Below, one piece after another: positions 1 to 9,296 of a stretch of DNA of 64,000 nt; the stretch's first letter is position 1; each line of letters starts with the position of its first letter. A program made the position numbers and the translations under genes. Source of the DNA: a virus; IMG/VR virus record IMGVR_UViG_3300046171_000314, positions 1 through 64,000 of that record; one strand, written 5' to 3'. The notes under the pieces are model-generated. The model saw only the letters and a list, made by a program, of their open reading frames with translations, did not search any database and had not been told where the DNA came from.

Positions 1-251
1 GACACAAGGAACTTCCACTTGGTTGGGGCAGGGAACTTTGACTTCCAAAGTATCCTGTAGCCAAAAGGTGTGATGCAAACATCACAGATCGGAAGTGTGA
101 GTTTAGGGTCAGAGCCTCCCAAGTATGCCTTAGCCGCTCGGCTCGAAAGCCCTTTGGTTCGATAGAGAGTAAAGGACACCTTTCGCCCTTCGCCTGCAAG
201 GTCTTCAAGACCTCTGATTGAATCAACAATCGGATTATGTTCACAAATCAT
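1..251 (-). CDS. hypothetical protein (runs off window)
   Basis: ATG at 251 overlaps the stop of the upstream ORF; frame MICEHNPIVDSIRGLEDL... stays open to the window edge. Confidence 0.5.
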   Translation of the reverse strand, partial: MICEHNPIVDSIRGLEDLAGEGRKVSFTLYRTKGLSSRAAKAYLGGSDPKLTLPICDVCITPFGYRILWKSKFPAPTKWKFLV

Positions 252-478
252 TATTCACCTCTCATACATTCAAAGTACATATTCATTTCTCGGTGGTCAT
301 TGTGGTAGGGATCATCATCATAATAATGATCCTCCCCAAAGCCGCTGTATTCTGTACAGGCATCGTGTGTAGCCCACACCTCCTTTTCATAGTTCTGTTG
401 GGAGTTCCAAAAAGCCAATAGGAGGAAAGTCGTGGCAAATACAATCAGGAACGTTTCTGTAAATTTTTTGAGTGTCAT
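251..478 (-). CDS. small hypothetical protein with N-terminal TM/signal segment
   Basis: GAGGTG RBS; hydrophobic FLIVFATTFLLLAFW. Confidence 0.6.
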   Translation of the reverse strand: MTLKKFTETFLIVFATTFLLLAFWNSQQNYEKEVWATHDACTEYSGFGEDHYYDDDPYHNDHREMNMYFECMRGE

Positions 479-486
479 AGTTCACC

Positions 487-924
487 TCATTTGTGTCGGC
501 AACAGCCGAAGGGGTTTCGAGAAGGTTTGTAAATTATTTCAAGGGTCTCAGGGTCAATCTTTTTTTGACACCATTCGATACCCTTTGGGGTGAGTGTGTA
601 TTTGAAAGAAACCGCAAAGGAAGAGAAAGGCTTCCAAGTTCCTGCCCACCAAATGACTTCCTGCTTGTTGTAATAGGCAGGGTCTTTGTAGTTGATCTCT
701 TCTTTATGCAAGCCTCGTCTGCGATACTCTCTGCGAACATCCTCAGGCAAAGGCTTGCACACCTTTGTGATCATCTCCCTATACAACAGAGCATTGAGAG
801 GGTTTGTATTATTGGGGGTGTCCTTATCAGGGTCATACACTGACAGGGGAAGGGCTTGTCCTTGCAAGTAGTACTTCCGTAATAGTCGATGTTGTGTCTT
901 GGACATAGGGCGAATTACTTTCAT
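487..924 (-). CDS. hypothetical protein
   Basis: 145 aa ORF with GGAG RBS, co-oriented with neighbours. Confidence 0.6.
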   Translation of the reverse strand: MKVIRPMSKTQHRLLRKYYLQGQALPLSVYDPDKDTPNNTNPLNALLYREMITKVCKPLPEDVRREYRRRGLHKEEINYKDPAYYNKQEVIWWAGTWKPFSSFAVSFKYTLTPKGIEWCQKKIDPETLEIIYKPSRNPFGCCRHK

Positions 925-944
925 AAGAAATCTCCAAATACAGG

Positions 945-974
945 AAAAGACCCCCGACCCATAGGGTCGAGGGC
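945..974 (-). terminator. intrinsic terminator after the AAA gene
   Basis: GCCCTCGACCC-TAT-GGGTCGGGGGT hairpin followed by CTTTT on the minus strand. Confidence 0.65.
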
Positions 975-991
975 ATTTGAGAGGGCAAACC

Positions 992-2221
992 TTAGAGGTT
1001 CACCAACTCTCCATCATCAATGTGGCTTGTGTCACCTGCATCAACAACTCCACCTTGTATGTGAGCATTGACAAGGCGTTCAAGGTCTTTACGACTCTGA
1101 CCTTCGACAGAGCGAAGAACAGTTTTGAAACCCTTCTTCAAAGACTCAGTGTCGAAAGAGCCACCCTTTTTCAAACTCTTTCGAGCGTAGATTGAAGTCG
1201 ATTTCATCCAAGCGACCAACTCTCTGTGACCGAATTCCATTCGGATAGCATCAGCCTTGATAGCATTGCGAATAGCCTTGACAGACTTCTCAACCTGAGT
1301 CCAAAGACCTTCACCACCGTGACGAGCCAAGATTGGGAAACGATCAACCAAGATAGGCTTTTCATCTCGCCACTCAAGGGTAGTGTATTCAAACTTGAAA
1401 GTGAATCGACTCATGATACTTGCATCAACGACTCTTGAAGAGGCATAGCGACCACCCGTAGAGCCATTTCCTGCCGAGTTAGCAGTAGCGACAATGCGAG
1501 TGCCCTTCAACACCTTTTCAACACCGCCATCAGGGGTAGCGATACGACCACTTACAGAGTCAATGATCATACGAAGGTGCTCACCTTGCTCTTCTGTCAT
1601 ACGATCCACATCCGTGAGGATAATGAGGTATGGGATACGCTCGCCATCGTCAGTGAGATAACCATCACGAAGAGCCTTCAACAACTTACCCTCTTTGTAG
1701 AAAGTTCCTTCCTTCCCAATCTCGTGAGAGAAGAGGAATTTTGAAACATCAACATCAGGGTTGATTTGCACCATCAAGCAAGGGGTTCGTGTCAAGTAAG
1801 ACCAAGCCTGAAAACAAGCATCCTTACCTGTCCCTGCAGGACCATGTACATAGATTGGACTATCATCGCCTTCCAAGTGTAAGAACACATCCTCAACATT
1901 CTCACCCTGATCCCCATACTTGGGAGGGGTGTAGAATGGAACTTCAGGGGCACAAACTGCCAAAGGCACTTTGTAATTCACAGCAAACTCTGTGCCTGCG
2001 AAATCCACACTCAAAGTGTCAAGGGCAGGGGGAAGAACCCGAGACTTTCTACGAGCATTGAATTTTGCCACAGCCTCTTCACTTGCAGTTTCAGCACCCT
2101 CAAACTCAGAGAGGTACTCCTCAATGGTCATATTGTGCTCACTCATAAGGTGAGTACCCAACCAATGGGCTTTATGCCCACAGATTTTGCAAGTGGGAAG
2201 AGAAGAAGAATTGTTAGTCAT
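992..2221 (-). CDS. MoxR/CobS-like AAA+ ATPase with N-terminal C2H2 zinc finger
   Basis: CKICGH...HLMSEH finger; Walker A GPAGTGKD; Walker B-like IILTD; IVATAN sensor; DASIMSRF arginine finger; GGAGGT RBS before ATG 2221. Confidence 0.85.
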   Translation of the reverse strand: MTNNSSSLPTCKICGHKAHWLGTHLMSEHNMTIEEYLSEFEGAETASEEAVAKFNARRKSRVLPPALDTLSVDFAGTEFAVNYKVPLAVCAPEVPFYTPPKYGDQGENVEDVFLHLEGDDSPIYVHGPAGTGKDACFQAWSYLTRTPCLMVQINPDVDVSKFLFSHEIGKEGTFYKEGKLLKALRDGYLTDDGERIPYLIILTDVDRMTEEQGEHLRMIIDSVSGRIATPDGGVEKVLKGTRIVATANSAGNGSTGGRYASSRVVDASIMSRFTFKFEYTTLEWRDEKPILVDRFPILARHGGEGLWTQVEKSVKAIRNAIKADAIRMEFGHRELVAWMKSTSIYARKSLKKGGSFDTESLKKGFKTVLRSVEGQSRKDLERLVNAHIQGGVVDAGDTSHIDDGELVNL

Positions 2222-2303
2222 AATGACCTCCATATAAAGAAAAGAATAATGAATGAATAATGAATGAAAGTGCTGAAAGAGCGATTTGCCCCCTCAACAC
2301 TTC

Positions 2304-2330
2304 CTATACGATAGTGAGAAATTTACGTTA
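2304..2330 (-). promoter_or_regulatory. class A phage promoter motif
   Basis: TAACGTAA-N11-TCGTATAG upstream of the AAA gene. Confidence 0.8.
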
Positions 2331-2371
2331 GGGTCTGTACCGAACTTTCTATGAAAAAAGTTCATAAGCCC

Positions 2372-3646
2372 CTAGAAAGCGACCTTGACACCTCTTTTTG
2401 ATTCAGAGGGATCAAAGATTTTTTCAAGTTTCTCTAAGAGAAGTGGAGAAAGTTCAGACAGTTCCGGAGCGTAAACACTATCGTCATAATTTTGTACGAC
2501 ATCTCTAGTGCCATTACCAAGCCCTACTCCAACGATATGTATCCCTGCCTCACGAGCCATTCGAAGTTGTCTGCGAATGACAGCAGAGTGACCACGATTA
2601 GGACAACCATCTGTAAGGACAAAGATAACCCTGTGAGCCTCTTGTCTTTCAGATATACCTTCGAGAGCATATTGGATAGCATCAGCGGTAGGAGTACCCC
2701 CATCCGCTCTCAAGCGACCAAAGCGGTGCTTCACAGCATTGAATCGCTCACCATAGTTCATAAAGATATCAAGACGAACATTCCAACCACTGCGATGGGT
2801 TTCATCGTTGTACGAGTCCGATGTTCTTTCGCCACCGTTGTCATACCCAATGACCTCAACTTGACCACCAACATCAGAGATAGCATTTGTGAGAGCAAGG
2901 ACACCGATTTGAGTGGCGACAAGTTTATCACCCATTGACCCACTTTGATCAACTACGATACTACAAGCAATACTGACATCCAACTTGTCTGTCTTCTTCT
3001 TATAGGCTCGCTTGACCTTAGTGCCGCTTTTGATAGCACCCCAAGTTTGAGCGTAGCGTCTTTCTGAAAGAGAACGCCCCGTTCTTGTACCGTGTCGCAT
3101 TGAGCAAGTTTCCAATCCTCTCACGATTCGTTGAAGCCCTGTTCTCAAAGGAGCAGAGATACTAGCAGAGGACTCAATAATGTCTGCGTTCATCATCGTG
3201 CCATCCGACAGCAGACCATCAGCAACTTCCTTGATTTTGTCTTTGGAAGAGTCGCCAACATAATAGGCTTGCTCGCCTCTTTGTACATCGTCTTTGAGAG
3301 CCTCAGTGGTTTCTTCAGCAACGACTTCTTCTATAGCGTCATCTTTGTCAAGCAAACCGCCATCGCCACCATTGACGATTTCATCGACGATTTCCCCTGC
3401 GATATCTTTGAAATCTTGCATATCAGATCCACCATCAGCACCACCGCCACCGTACTCAGCGTTGTCGCCTGCGGTTGGGGGTTGATTGCTGTTGCCATCA
3501 GTAGCCTCACCATTGGCATCACCGCCATTTGTAAGGTCGCCCTTTTCAGAGCCATCACCCTTTTCAGAACCATCGCCTTTCTTTGGCGGCTTAGTATTGC
3601 CCTTAGGGATAAGGGAAAGCATTGTATTGAGTGTTTTGAAAGCCAT
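2372..3646 (-). CDS. CobT-like C-terminal vWA domain protein (AAA+ partner)
   Basis: MIDAS DQSGS; GGTPT; VLTDG; G/D-rich N-terminal linker; adjacent to the MoxR-like ATPase. Confidence 0.85.
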   Translation of the reverse strand: MAFKTLNTMLSLIPKGNTKPPKKGDGSEKGDGSEKGDLTNGGDANGEATDGNSNQPPTAGDNAEYGGGGADGGSDMQDFKDIAGEIVDEIVNGGDGGLLDKDDAIEEVVAEETTEALKDDVQRGEQAYYVGDSSKDKIKEVADGLLSDGTMMNADIIESSASISAPLRTGLQRIVRGLETCSMRHGTRTGRSLSERRYAQTWGAIKSGTKVKRAYKKKTDKLDVSIACSIVVDQSGSMGDKLVATQIGVLALTNAISDVGGQVEVIGYDNGGERTSDSYNDETHRSGWNVRLDIFMNYGERFNAVKHRFGRLRADGGTPTADAIQYALEGISERQEAHRVIFVLTDGCPNRGHSAVIRRQLRMAREAGIHIVGVGLGNGTRDVVQNYDDSVYAPELSELSPLLLEKLEKIFDPSESKRGVKVAF

Positions 3647-3689
3647 GTTGTACCTCCTATAAATTGTAAAACTAACTATCGAACACTAT

Positions 3690-3716
3690 CTATACGATAC
3701 TCAATTTTTTACGTCA
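3690..3716 (-). promoter_or_regulatory. class A phage promoter motif
   Basis: TGACGTAA-N11-TCGTATAG upstream of the vWA gene. Confidence 0.8.
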
Positions 3717-3785
3717 TACCTATAAGCAAACTTTTTCTGATCGTTTTTCGGTAAGAGAAATACACCCTATATAAAGGAGAAGAAA

Positions 3786-4148
3786 ATGGGAGTAGAATTA
3801 GCCTTACTATGCAGAAATGCGAAGAATCTTACCACCAAGCACACATCTTGGAAAGTACAAGCCTCTGACTTGGGGGGATCTCTTAGTCCAAAGGATTATC
3901 AAGTCTTCACCACCTCAAAATGGGTCATTTCTGAGGAAAAATTAACAGCCCTTATTAATAAGGAAGCAGAACTCATTCTCACAGAGTCAAAAACTACCCC
4001 TGCATACATTGGGGGTCGCATTTTGTCTTATACAAAATTGGATTGTGGCAGAATTGCAATAGACTTCAGAGAAAATCCCAACTTGAAAGGAATCCTTCCA
4101 TCTGATTGGAAGGGTAGTAATCCTGTACACTATATTAATAGGAGTTAG
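3786..4148 (+). CDS. hypothetical protein
   Basis: AAGGAG RBS; preceded by TTTCGGTA motif at 3746. Confidence 0.65.
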   Translation: MGVELALLCRNAKNLTTKHTSWKVQASDLGGSLSPKDYQVFTTSKWVISEEKLTALINKEAELILTESKTTPAYIGGRILSYTKLDCGRIAIDFRENPNLKGILPSDWKGSNPVHYINRS

Positions 4149-4149
4149 T

Positions 4150-4551
4150 ATGATGTCCGCCCAAAAATACTGTTTTAAGAGCCTTGTGGAAGAGATAGAG
4201 GTCTTTATCCAAAGCACACGAACACAGGCACTAGAGCAGGAATGGGAATACACCAAGCGAATGATGTCCGCCCACAATGAAAATCCTCGTTTGGCTTGGA
4301 AAGCATTCGACAGAACCCTTACAGGAGAGGAAATATCCCCACCCTTACAAGGATTGATCCTAAATCTGCTCTCTTTTGTGCCTGAGGAACGCTTAAAAGG
4401 CTTTCACAGGGCAATAGAGGTAGGCAGGGCTAGGGCAAGAGGAATGGGCAGAGAGGAGGCTCTACAAAGGCATTTAGAGGCTTTCTCTTGTGCCCCAAAT
4501 CCTGCCCCAAATCTCAGGATAATAGAGGGAGGCAAAAAAAGTTCCGACTAG
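4150..4551 (+). CDS. hypothetical protein
   Basis: AGGAG RBS; directly follows the upstream ORF. Confidence 0.6.
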   Translation: MMSAQKYCFKSLVEEIEVFIQSTRTQALEQEWEYTKRMMSAHNENPRLAWKAFDRTLTGEEISPPLQGLILNLLSFVPEERLKGFHRAIEVGRARARGMGREEALQRHLEAFSCAPNPAPNLRIIEGGKKSSD

Positions 4552-4554
4552 GTA

Positions 4555-4581
4555 TGACGTAAATTTTTGACTTTCGTATAG
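4555..4581 (+). promoter_or_regulatory. class A phage promoter motif
   Basis: TGACGTAA-N11-TCGTATAG. Confidence 0.8.
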
Positions 4582-4629
4582 GAGATGTTCAGAAATCTCA
4601 TTCATTTTTATTCATTCTAGGAGGTCAAT

Positions 4630-6114
4630 ATGAGAAATGGTAACGAATGGCGAAAAAGCCACCACTTGACAGCGAAATCACTCGGTGTCAATGTTCCTGT
4701 AGAGTCTAAAGGTTCTATGTTCTACTGTACAAGTAGATTCACTCTCAATAAGTTTGCGGTAGCCTTGTGTCAGTATGCAAAGCACAACGGTGCAAAAATG
4801 CCGACACAAGAAATCGTGGCTCGTTGGGTTGAGGGTGCAAACAATCGTTTCCTTACTACAGGACACGGTGATAAAGTTTCAACCGATCCTAAGGTCAAGA
4901 TTGTCGTGGCAGAAACCCCTGAAAAGGTATCACCACGAATGGCAATGGCTTTGAACGGTGGTGTTCTTCACGAGAGTGCTCACTTGCTCTATACAATGCA
5001 GGAAGACTTGACCGCTGATATGATGTGGACAATCGTTGCTCCTCGTTGGGCTATCGTGAAAGATTGGAGCAAGTATCAAGGACTTCTTCTTCAATGGATC
5101 AACCTTGTAGAAGACATTGTGATTGAGCGAGCATTGAGAAGAAACTTTGTCAATACTCACAATGACCTTGCGGATCTTCAAGACTTGATCCTGAAGATGG
5201 AGGGCAAAGACGATGATAAGGTAGCCGAGTGGCGAGAAAAGGTCACACCTTTGGGAATCGTTGGTGGTGCTTTCCGAGACATTGGTCTTGGGTACAACAC
5301 GGTGCTTGGTCGAAAGGCTATCGCACTGTACAAAGAGTTCCCAAAAGAGTGGGCTATGGTTACTGACGGACCTCTCACCCCTCTCTTGAAAGAGGCTATC
5401 GCTGTTGTCGATGACCCACTTGCTAGTTTCAGAATCGCTATGTCAGTGGTTGGCATAATCGCTGAGTTGGCAGGTGATGGTGCTGACAAGCCACAAGATC
5501 CTGAGGATGGTGATGGTGGTGAGTCTGAGTACGATCCTTGTCCAAAGTGTGGTGCTAGCCCTAGCAACCTTGTTATTCGTGGTGTCTATGATGACTTTGG
5601 TCGAAAGGTCAAAGGCAAGGCTATGTTGGTCTGTCGTGTTTGCGGTCACACTCAAATCATCGATGTCGATACTGAAGGCGAAGGTGGCGGAACTGTGAAA
5701 GGTGAAACCCCTGACTTTGAGGATATGGATCAAGATCAGCCTGATAGCCCCGAAGGTGGTGGCGGTGATGGCGAAGGTGATGGTCAAGGCGACGATGGCG
5801 AAGATGCCGATGGTGAAGCAGGCGGCTCAGATGGTGAGGACACTGATGGAGAAGAATCCGATGGTAACGGTGGCGGTGATTCTGATGGCGATGAGTCAGA
5901 GGGAGATACCGAAGGCGAAGGCGATGCCGATGGAGATGACTCTGACAGTGGAGACGCTGATGGTGACTCCTCTGATGGTAGCGGTGACTCTTCTAAGACT
6001 CCCACTTTCAAGGTGGGTGACGAGGCTATGTTGCAAGGCATCAAGGTTCGAGTCACCTATGCAGGGGCTGTCAAGTCAGATGGTACGCAGGACTTAGAAG
6101 TTGAGCCTTGCTAA
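4630..6114 (+). CDS. CobT N-terminal-like HExxH domain protein with Zn ribbon and acidic G/D/E tail
   Basis: LHESAH plus NLVEDIVIER, typical of the N-domain of MoxR-associated vWA proteins; CPKC...CRVC; long G/D/E-rich tract; no vWA domain. Confidence 0.75.
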   Translation: MRNGNEWRKSHHLTAKSLGVNVPVESKGSMFYCTSRFTLNKFAVALCQYAKHNGAKMPTQEIVARWVEGANNRFLTTGHGDKVSTDPKVKIVVAETPEKVSPRMAMALNGGVLHESAHLLYTMQEDLTADMMWTIVAPRWAIVKDWSKYQGLLLQWINLVEDIVIERALRRNFVNTHNDLADLQDLILKMEGKDDDKVAEWREKVTPLGIVGGAFRDIGLGYNTVLGRKAIALYKEFPKEWAMVTDGPLTPLLKEAIAVVDDPLASFRIAMSVVGIIAELAGDGADKPQDPEDGDGGESEYDPCPKCGASPSNLVIRGVYDDFGRKVKGKAMLVCRVCGHTQIIDVDTEGEGGGTVKGETPDFEDMDQDQPDSPEGGGGDGEGDGQGDDGEDADGEAGGSDGEDTDGEESDGNGGGDSDGDESEGDTEGEGDADGDDSDSGDADGDSSDGSGDSSKTPTFKVGDEAMLQGIKVRVTYAGAVKSDGTQDLEVEPC

Positions 6115-6133
6115 TATTTCTTTGGCGAACCTA

Positions 6134-6160
6134 TAACGTAAAAGTTCGGTAATCGTATAG
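6134..6160 (+). promoter_or_regulatory. class A phage promoter motif
   Basis: TAACGTAA-N11-TCGTATAG. Confidence 0.8.
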
Positions 6161-6223
6161 AAGGTGTTCGAGGAGACTTGAACACCTATTTTTCATTTAT
6201 TTTTTCATTCATTGGGGGTCATT

Positions 6224-6805
6224 ATGACTATTGCAAAAACTTCACCGAGCAAACTTGCTCCTATTATTCGTGCCACGATTGGCACTTTGGCTGACACAGA
6301 GTGGTTTGAAATGGACACACTCATTGGGGCTTTCTGCCAACAACACAACATCACAGAGGATGCTTGGGGCTTTATGACCTCACAGAAGAAGCCTCGTGCT
6401 TGGATGCGTTTCAATATGACGAAGGCACTCAAAATCCTCGAAAAGGATGGATATCTTATTCGTCTAGGTCGTGGGAAGTTCAAGGTCGCCCAACACTACC
6501 CTGCTGAGGTTGCGGTCAAAGAAGAACCAAAACTTGTGGTTGTCGAAGAGCCTGAGGTCGAAATCAAAGAAGAGCCTAAGGTTGAGGATGTCGAAGTCGT
6601 TGAGGCAGTGTCCTTTGAGTTGCCCAAGCCCCCTGAGGATACAAGCGGCTTTGATGCTCACATGGTGAAAACCCTCAAAGATGCGACAGGTTGCTTTGGC
6701 TATTACAGCCCTAAGGCGACAGCCTGTGGTCACTGTCCTTTGGCTCACCACTGTGCCAAAGAGTTGAACAACGTAATGTCAAGCATTGGCAGAGCACTTA
6801 TCTAA
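6224..6805 (+). CDS. winged-helix-like protein with C-terminal 4-Cys motif (paralog of 54731..55585)
   Basis: EDAWGFMTSQKKPRAW...GRGKF and CFGYYSPKATACGHCPLAHHC match the 55 kb paralog. Confidence 0.7.
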   Translation: MTIAKTSPSKLAPIIRATIGTLADTEWFEMDTLIGAFCQQHNITEDAWGFMTSQKKPRAWMRFNMTKALKILEKDGYLIRLGRGKFKVAQHYPAEVAVKEEPKLVVVEEPEVEIKEEPKVEDVEVVEAVSFELPKPPEDTSGFDAHMVKTLKDATGCFGYYSPKATACGHCPLAHHCAKELNNVMSSIGRALI

Positions 6806-6827
6806 ACCCTATTCTATTGGAGATACT

Positions 6828-7430
6828 ATGACTATTTTTATTAATAAGCCCATCTTCTCTATCAAAGAGAGAGACCGCCTTGAACCTGCTCAAGTATGGG
6901 ACATCTTGTCCTTTATTCATTTGGTTCGATTGAACCTTCCTGTTGTTTGTTACCTTGAAGCAGACGACATAGAGAAACCCCTCTATGAAGAACGTGGGGT
7001 ATATGAATGGGCTACTTTGAAAGATGGGACGCACGGACGTCTCAATGTGAAGTTGAAATTGCAGTTCGTACCGAAAGACAACTTTGTTCATTGTACTGAG
7101 CCTGAGTTCTACACTCACAGAGGAAATGACTATGCACAATGGAAGAGAAGTGGGTGGCACATTAATCAGCATTGGCAACGGATGCTAGCCTTCCTCAAAG
7201 AAAAAGCACCTCTGTTTGTTGCCCCAAATATGGAAGAGCCTCCCTCTTTCAAAACGGTCAAAAAGACAAAAGAGGGTTGGATTGTAGGGAACTTCCCTTT
7301 CCCAATGACCGCAACGGACTTTTTCAAGATCGTCAAGCAGAAGCCTTGGGCATTCGCCCCCTCACCAAAGTTCAAGTCTAGAGCAGACAGTGTCCTCAGA
7401 GCAGAGGATATGCCCTTTGACTTGGGCTAG
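6828..7430 (+). CDS. hypothetical protein
   Basis: GGAG RBS before ATG 6828. Confidence 0.65.
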   Translation: MTIFINKPIFSIKERDRLEPAQVWDILSFIHLVRLNLPVVCYLEADDIEKPLYEERGVYEWATLKDGTHGRLNVKLKLQFVPKDNFVHCTEPEFYTHRGNDYAQWKRSGWHINQHWQRMLAFLKEKAPLFVAPNMEEPPSFKTVKKTKEGWIVGNFPFPMTATDFFKIVKQKPWAFAPSPKFKSRADSVLRAEDMPFDLG

Positions 7431-7476
7431 CCCTTTTGGACAGAACTTGTCCAAAAATAAAAGTTCCCTGCTACCC

Positions 7477-7503
7477 TAACGTAAATTTTTGAGGGTCGTA
7501 TAG
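7477..7503 (+). promoter_or_regulatory. class A phage promoter motif
   Basis: TAACGTAA-N11-TCGTATAG. Confidence 0.8.
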
Positions 7504-7583
7504 GAAGTGTTGGAGGCGATAGTGGGTCGCCTTTGGCACTTTTCCTTATTTCTCATTCATTTTTCCCACATTTCGGAGGTCTT

Positions 7584-8285
7584 ATGACTACAAATCACAA
7601 ACACGCACTTATTATTGAAGGCTCAGAGGCTCAATCAGAGTTTATTCTTGGTGGAAAGGCAATTTTCACCCTTGAAAACACTGTCCGAAGCACACGATTG
7701 ACTTTCCGAGTGGAGGCTATCAAGGGTGAAACGAACGCTTTTGATGTCCGAGTCTTTACAGGCTCTGAAAATCACCTCAAAAGTTCTTACACTTTCATTG
7801 GTCGCTTTGAGGGCGGCACTTTCAAGCCCACTCGTGGGATTGTCGACCTTCTTCCTGACCTCAAGGCTTGGGCAGAAGATGCCAATGACAAATATGTCAA
7901 GGAATTCGCTGACAATATGATGCGATACTACCGCAACGGTTGGAAACTCTCTGAAAAGCAAGAGAAATTCCTTGCCAAGCAACTCAAAAAAGCGGGACTC
8001 AAGCCTGCGGTTATCCCTGCTAGTGACTTTCGCTCTCAAACCTTTGCTTGGTTGATGAAGCGATTGGCGATTGGTGATCTTCCTGCGGCTCTCAACTTCT
8101 ATCACGAAGGTATGTGTTGCAAGTGTGCCAAGCGGCTCACAGTGCCTGCCTCTATCCTAACGGGTATGGGTCGTGATTGTGCTACAACCTTTGGTCGCAT
8201 TGAGTTGTGGAAGGCACTCAACAAGAGTTACCCTGCCACAATGCCTGCCAATGCCAAGTACATTGGAGGTAGCAAGGCGGCTTAA
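7584..8285 (+). CDS. DUF6011-like Zn-binding domain protein
   Basis: C-terminal CCKCAKRLTVPASILTGMGRDC; GGAGGT RBS. Confidence 0.7.
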   Translation: MTTNHKHALIIEGSEAQSEFILGGKAIFTLENTVRSTRLTFRVEAIKGETNAFDVRVFTGSENHLKSSYTFIGRFEGGTFKPTRGIVDLLPDLKAWAEDANDKYVKEFADNMMRYYRNGWKLSEKQEKFLAKQLKKAGLKPAVIPASDFRSQTFAWLMKRLAIGDLPAALNFYHEGMCCKCAKRLTVPASILTGMGRDCATTFGRIELWKALNKSYPATMPANAKYIGGSKAA

Positions 8286-8365
8286 GTCGCCCCCTTTTCC
8301 TATGAATGAATGAATGTTCGGACAGGTACTTCGTGTACCTGTCCTTTTCCTCCAAGGAGTAAACT

Positions 8366-8677
8366 ATGAAACAAATTAAACTTGAAGTGATAACCACAAA
8401 AAGAGTATCGGCTATCAAAGCCGTGCGAGTGATACTTGATTGTGGCTTGAAGTATGCCAAACAGGTGTCCGAAGGTATGCCACTCTATATGAGGGATGTC
8501 CCTCTCTCAATGTTCTCTGAACTTTTAGAGTGCCCCTATATCAAGGTGCACGTTGTGGGGGTGTCCCTCCCATCTCACTCTGTCGAAAGACAGATTGTTA
8601 TCAAACTGCTGTGGCATAAAGAGAGAACGGCTGCTCTCTACACTCAGTTGGCAGAAATAAAAGGCTTGACACCCTAA
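8366..8677 (+). CDS. protein with ribosomal bL12 (L7/L12) C-terminal-domain-like segment
   Basis: KRVSAIKAVRVILDCGLKYAKQVSEGMP resembles the bL12 CTD pattern K.xIKxVRxxxxxGLKEAKxxVE..P. Confidence 0.55.
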   Translation: MKQIKLEVITTKRVSAIKAVRVILDCGLKYAKQVSEGMPLYMRDVPLSMFSELLECPYIKVHVVGVSLPSHSVERQIVIKLLWHKERTAALYTQLAEIKGLTP

Positions 8678-8701
8678 CGTAAAAGCCCCCCTGTCGTATA
8701 G
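8675..8701 (+). promoter_or_regulatory. class A phage promoter motif
   Basis: TAACGTAA-N11-TCGTATAG. Confidence 0.8.
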
Positions 8702-8737
8702 GGGATGAATCGGAAACACCATTACAATGAGGTCAAT

Positions 8738-9295
8738 ATGAAATACAATCATTCTGATAAAAATCACCGCCTTTTCTTGGCAGGTCGTGTGCTTGATATG
8801 TTGAGCACCGCAGGCTTTGAAGAAGTGGAGATGCCTATGACAGAAGAGCGAGTGTTCGCTCGCAATGTCGTCGTCAAAAACGATAAGGGCGAACCTGTGA
8901 CAACGCCTGTTCGAGTCCTTGTTTATACAAGCATCGACAAACGAAGCAAAGAGATCCGCAAGGTTGGCACTGATGCTATTCGCATTTGTGGTGTTCGCTC
9001 TTACAAAGATGGAACTGAAAAGGGCTGCATCAAGCGAAAGCGAGTCAATCGTGTTGGAGAGATCGATGATGTCGTTGGTCGTGCTCTCGAAAGAATGCGA
9101 ACAGCATACAAAGAGGCTCTGCTTGCCTATCGCAGCCCTACGCACTGCAAGTCTTGTGGGGCGATGAACTTTGTGTCTAAGACAGGCAACGATGTCTGCT
9201 CTGATCTTTGTTTCACAAAGAAAGCAGGGTACAAGCCCAAGCCAAAGAAGACATTCAAGAAATACAGACGAACGTATAAAAGAGGAAGGAGATAA
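8738..9295 (+). CDS. hypothetical protein with C-terminal Zn ribbon and basic tail
   Basis: CKSC...CSDLC; GAGGT RBS. Confidence 0.65.
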   Translation: MKYNHSDKNHRLFLAGRVLDMLSTAGFEEVEMPMTEERVFARNVVVKNDKGEPVTTPVRVLVYTSIDKRSKEIRKVGTDAIRICGVRSYKDGTEKGCIKRKRVNRVGEIDDVVGRALERMRTAYKEALLAYRSPTHCKSCGAMNFVSKTGNDVCSDLCFTKKAGYKPKPKKTFKKYRRTYKRGRR

Positions 9296-9296
9296 C

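Noticed and set aside
3131-3754. Long antisense or overlapping ORFs (also 8525-9355, 41892-42446, and the 5' extension 59762-60109)
   Set aside because: They are shadows of real genes on the other strand, with no RBS or motifs.
5750-6000. GGTGA/GGCGA repeats as a DNA element
   Set aside because: They are explained by a Gly/Asp/Glu low-complexity linker.
992-6114. Cobalamin biosynthesis (cobS/cobT)
   Set aside because: There is no cobN or other B12 gene here; phage CobS-like/vWA pairs are generally chaperone-type modules.
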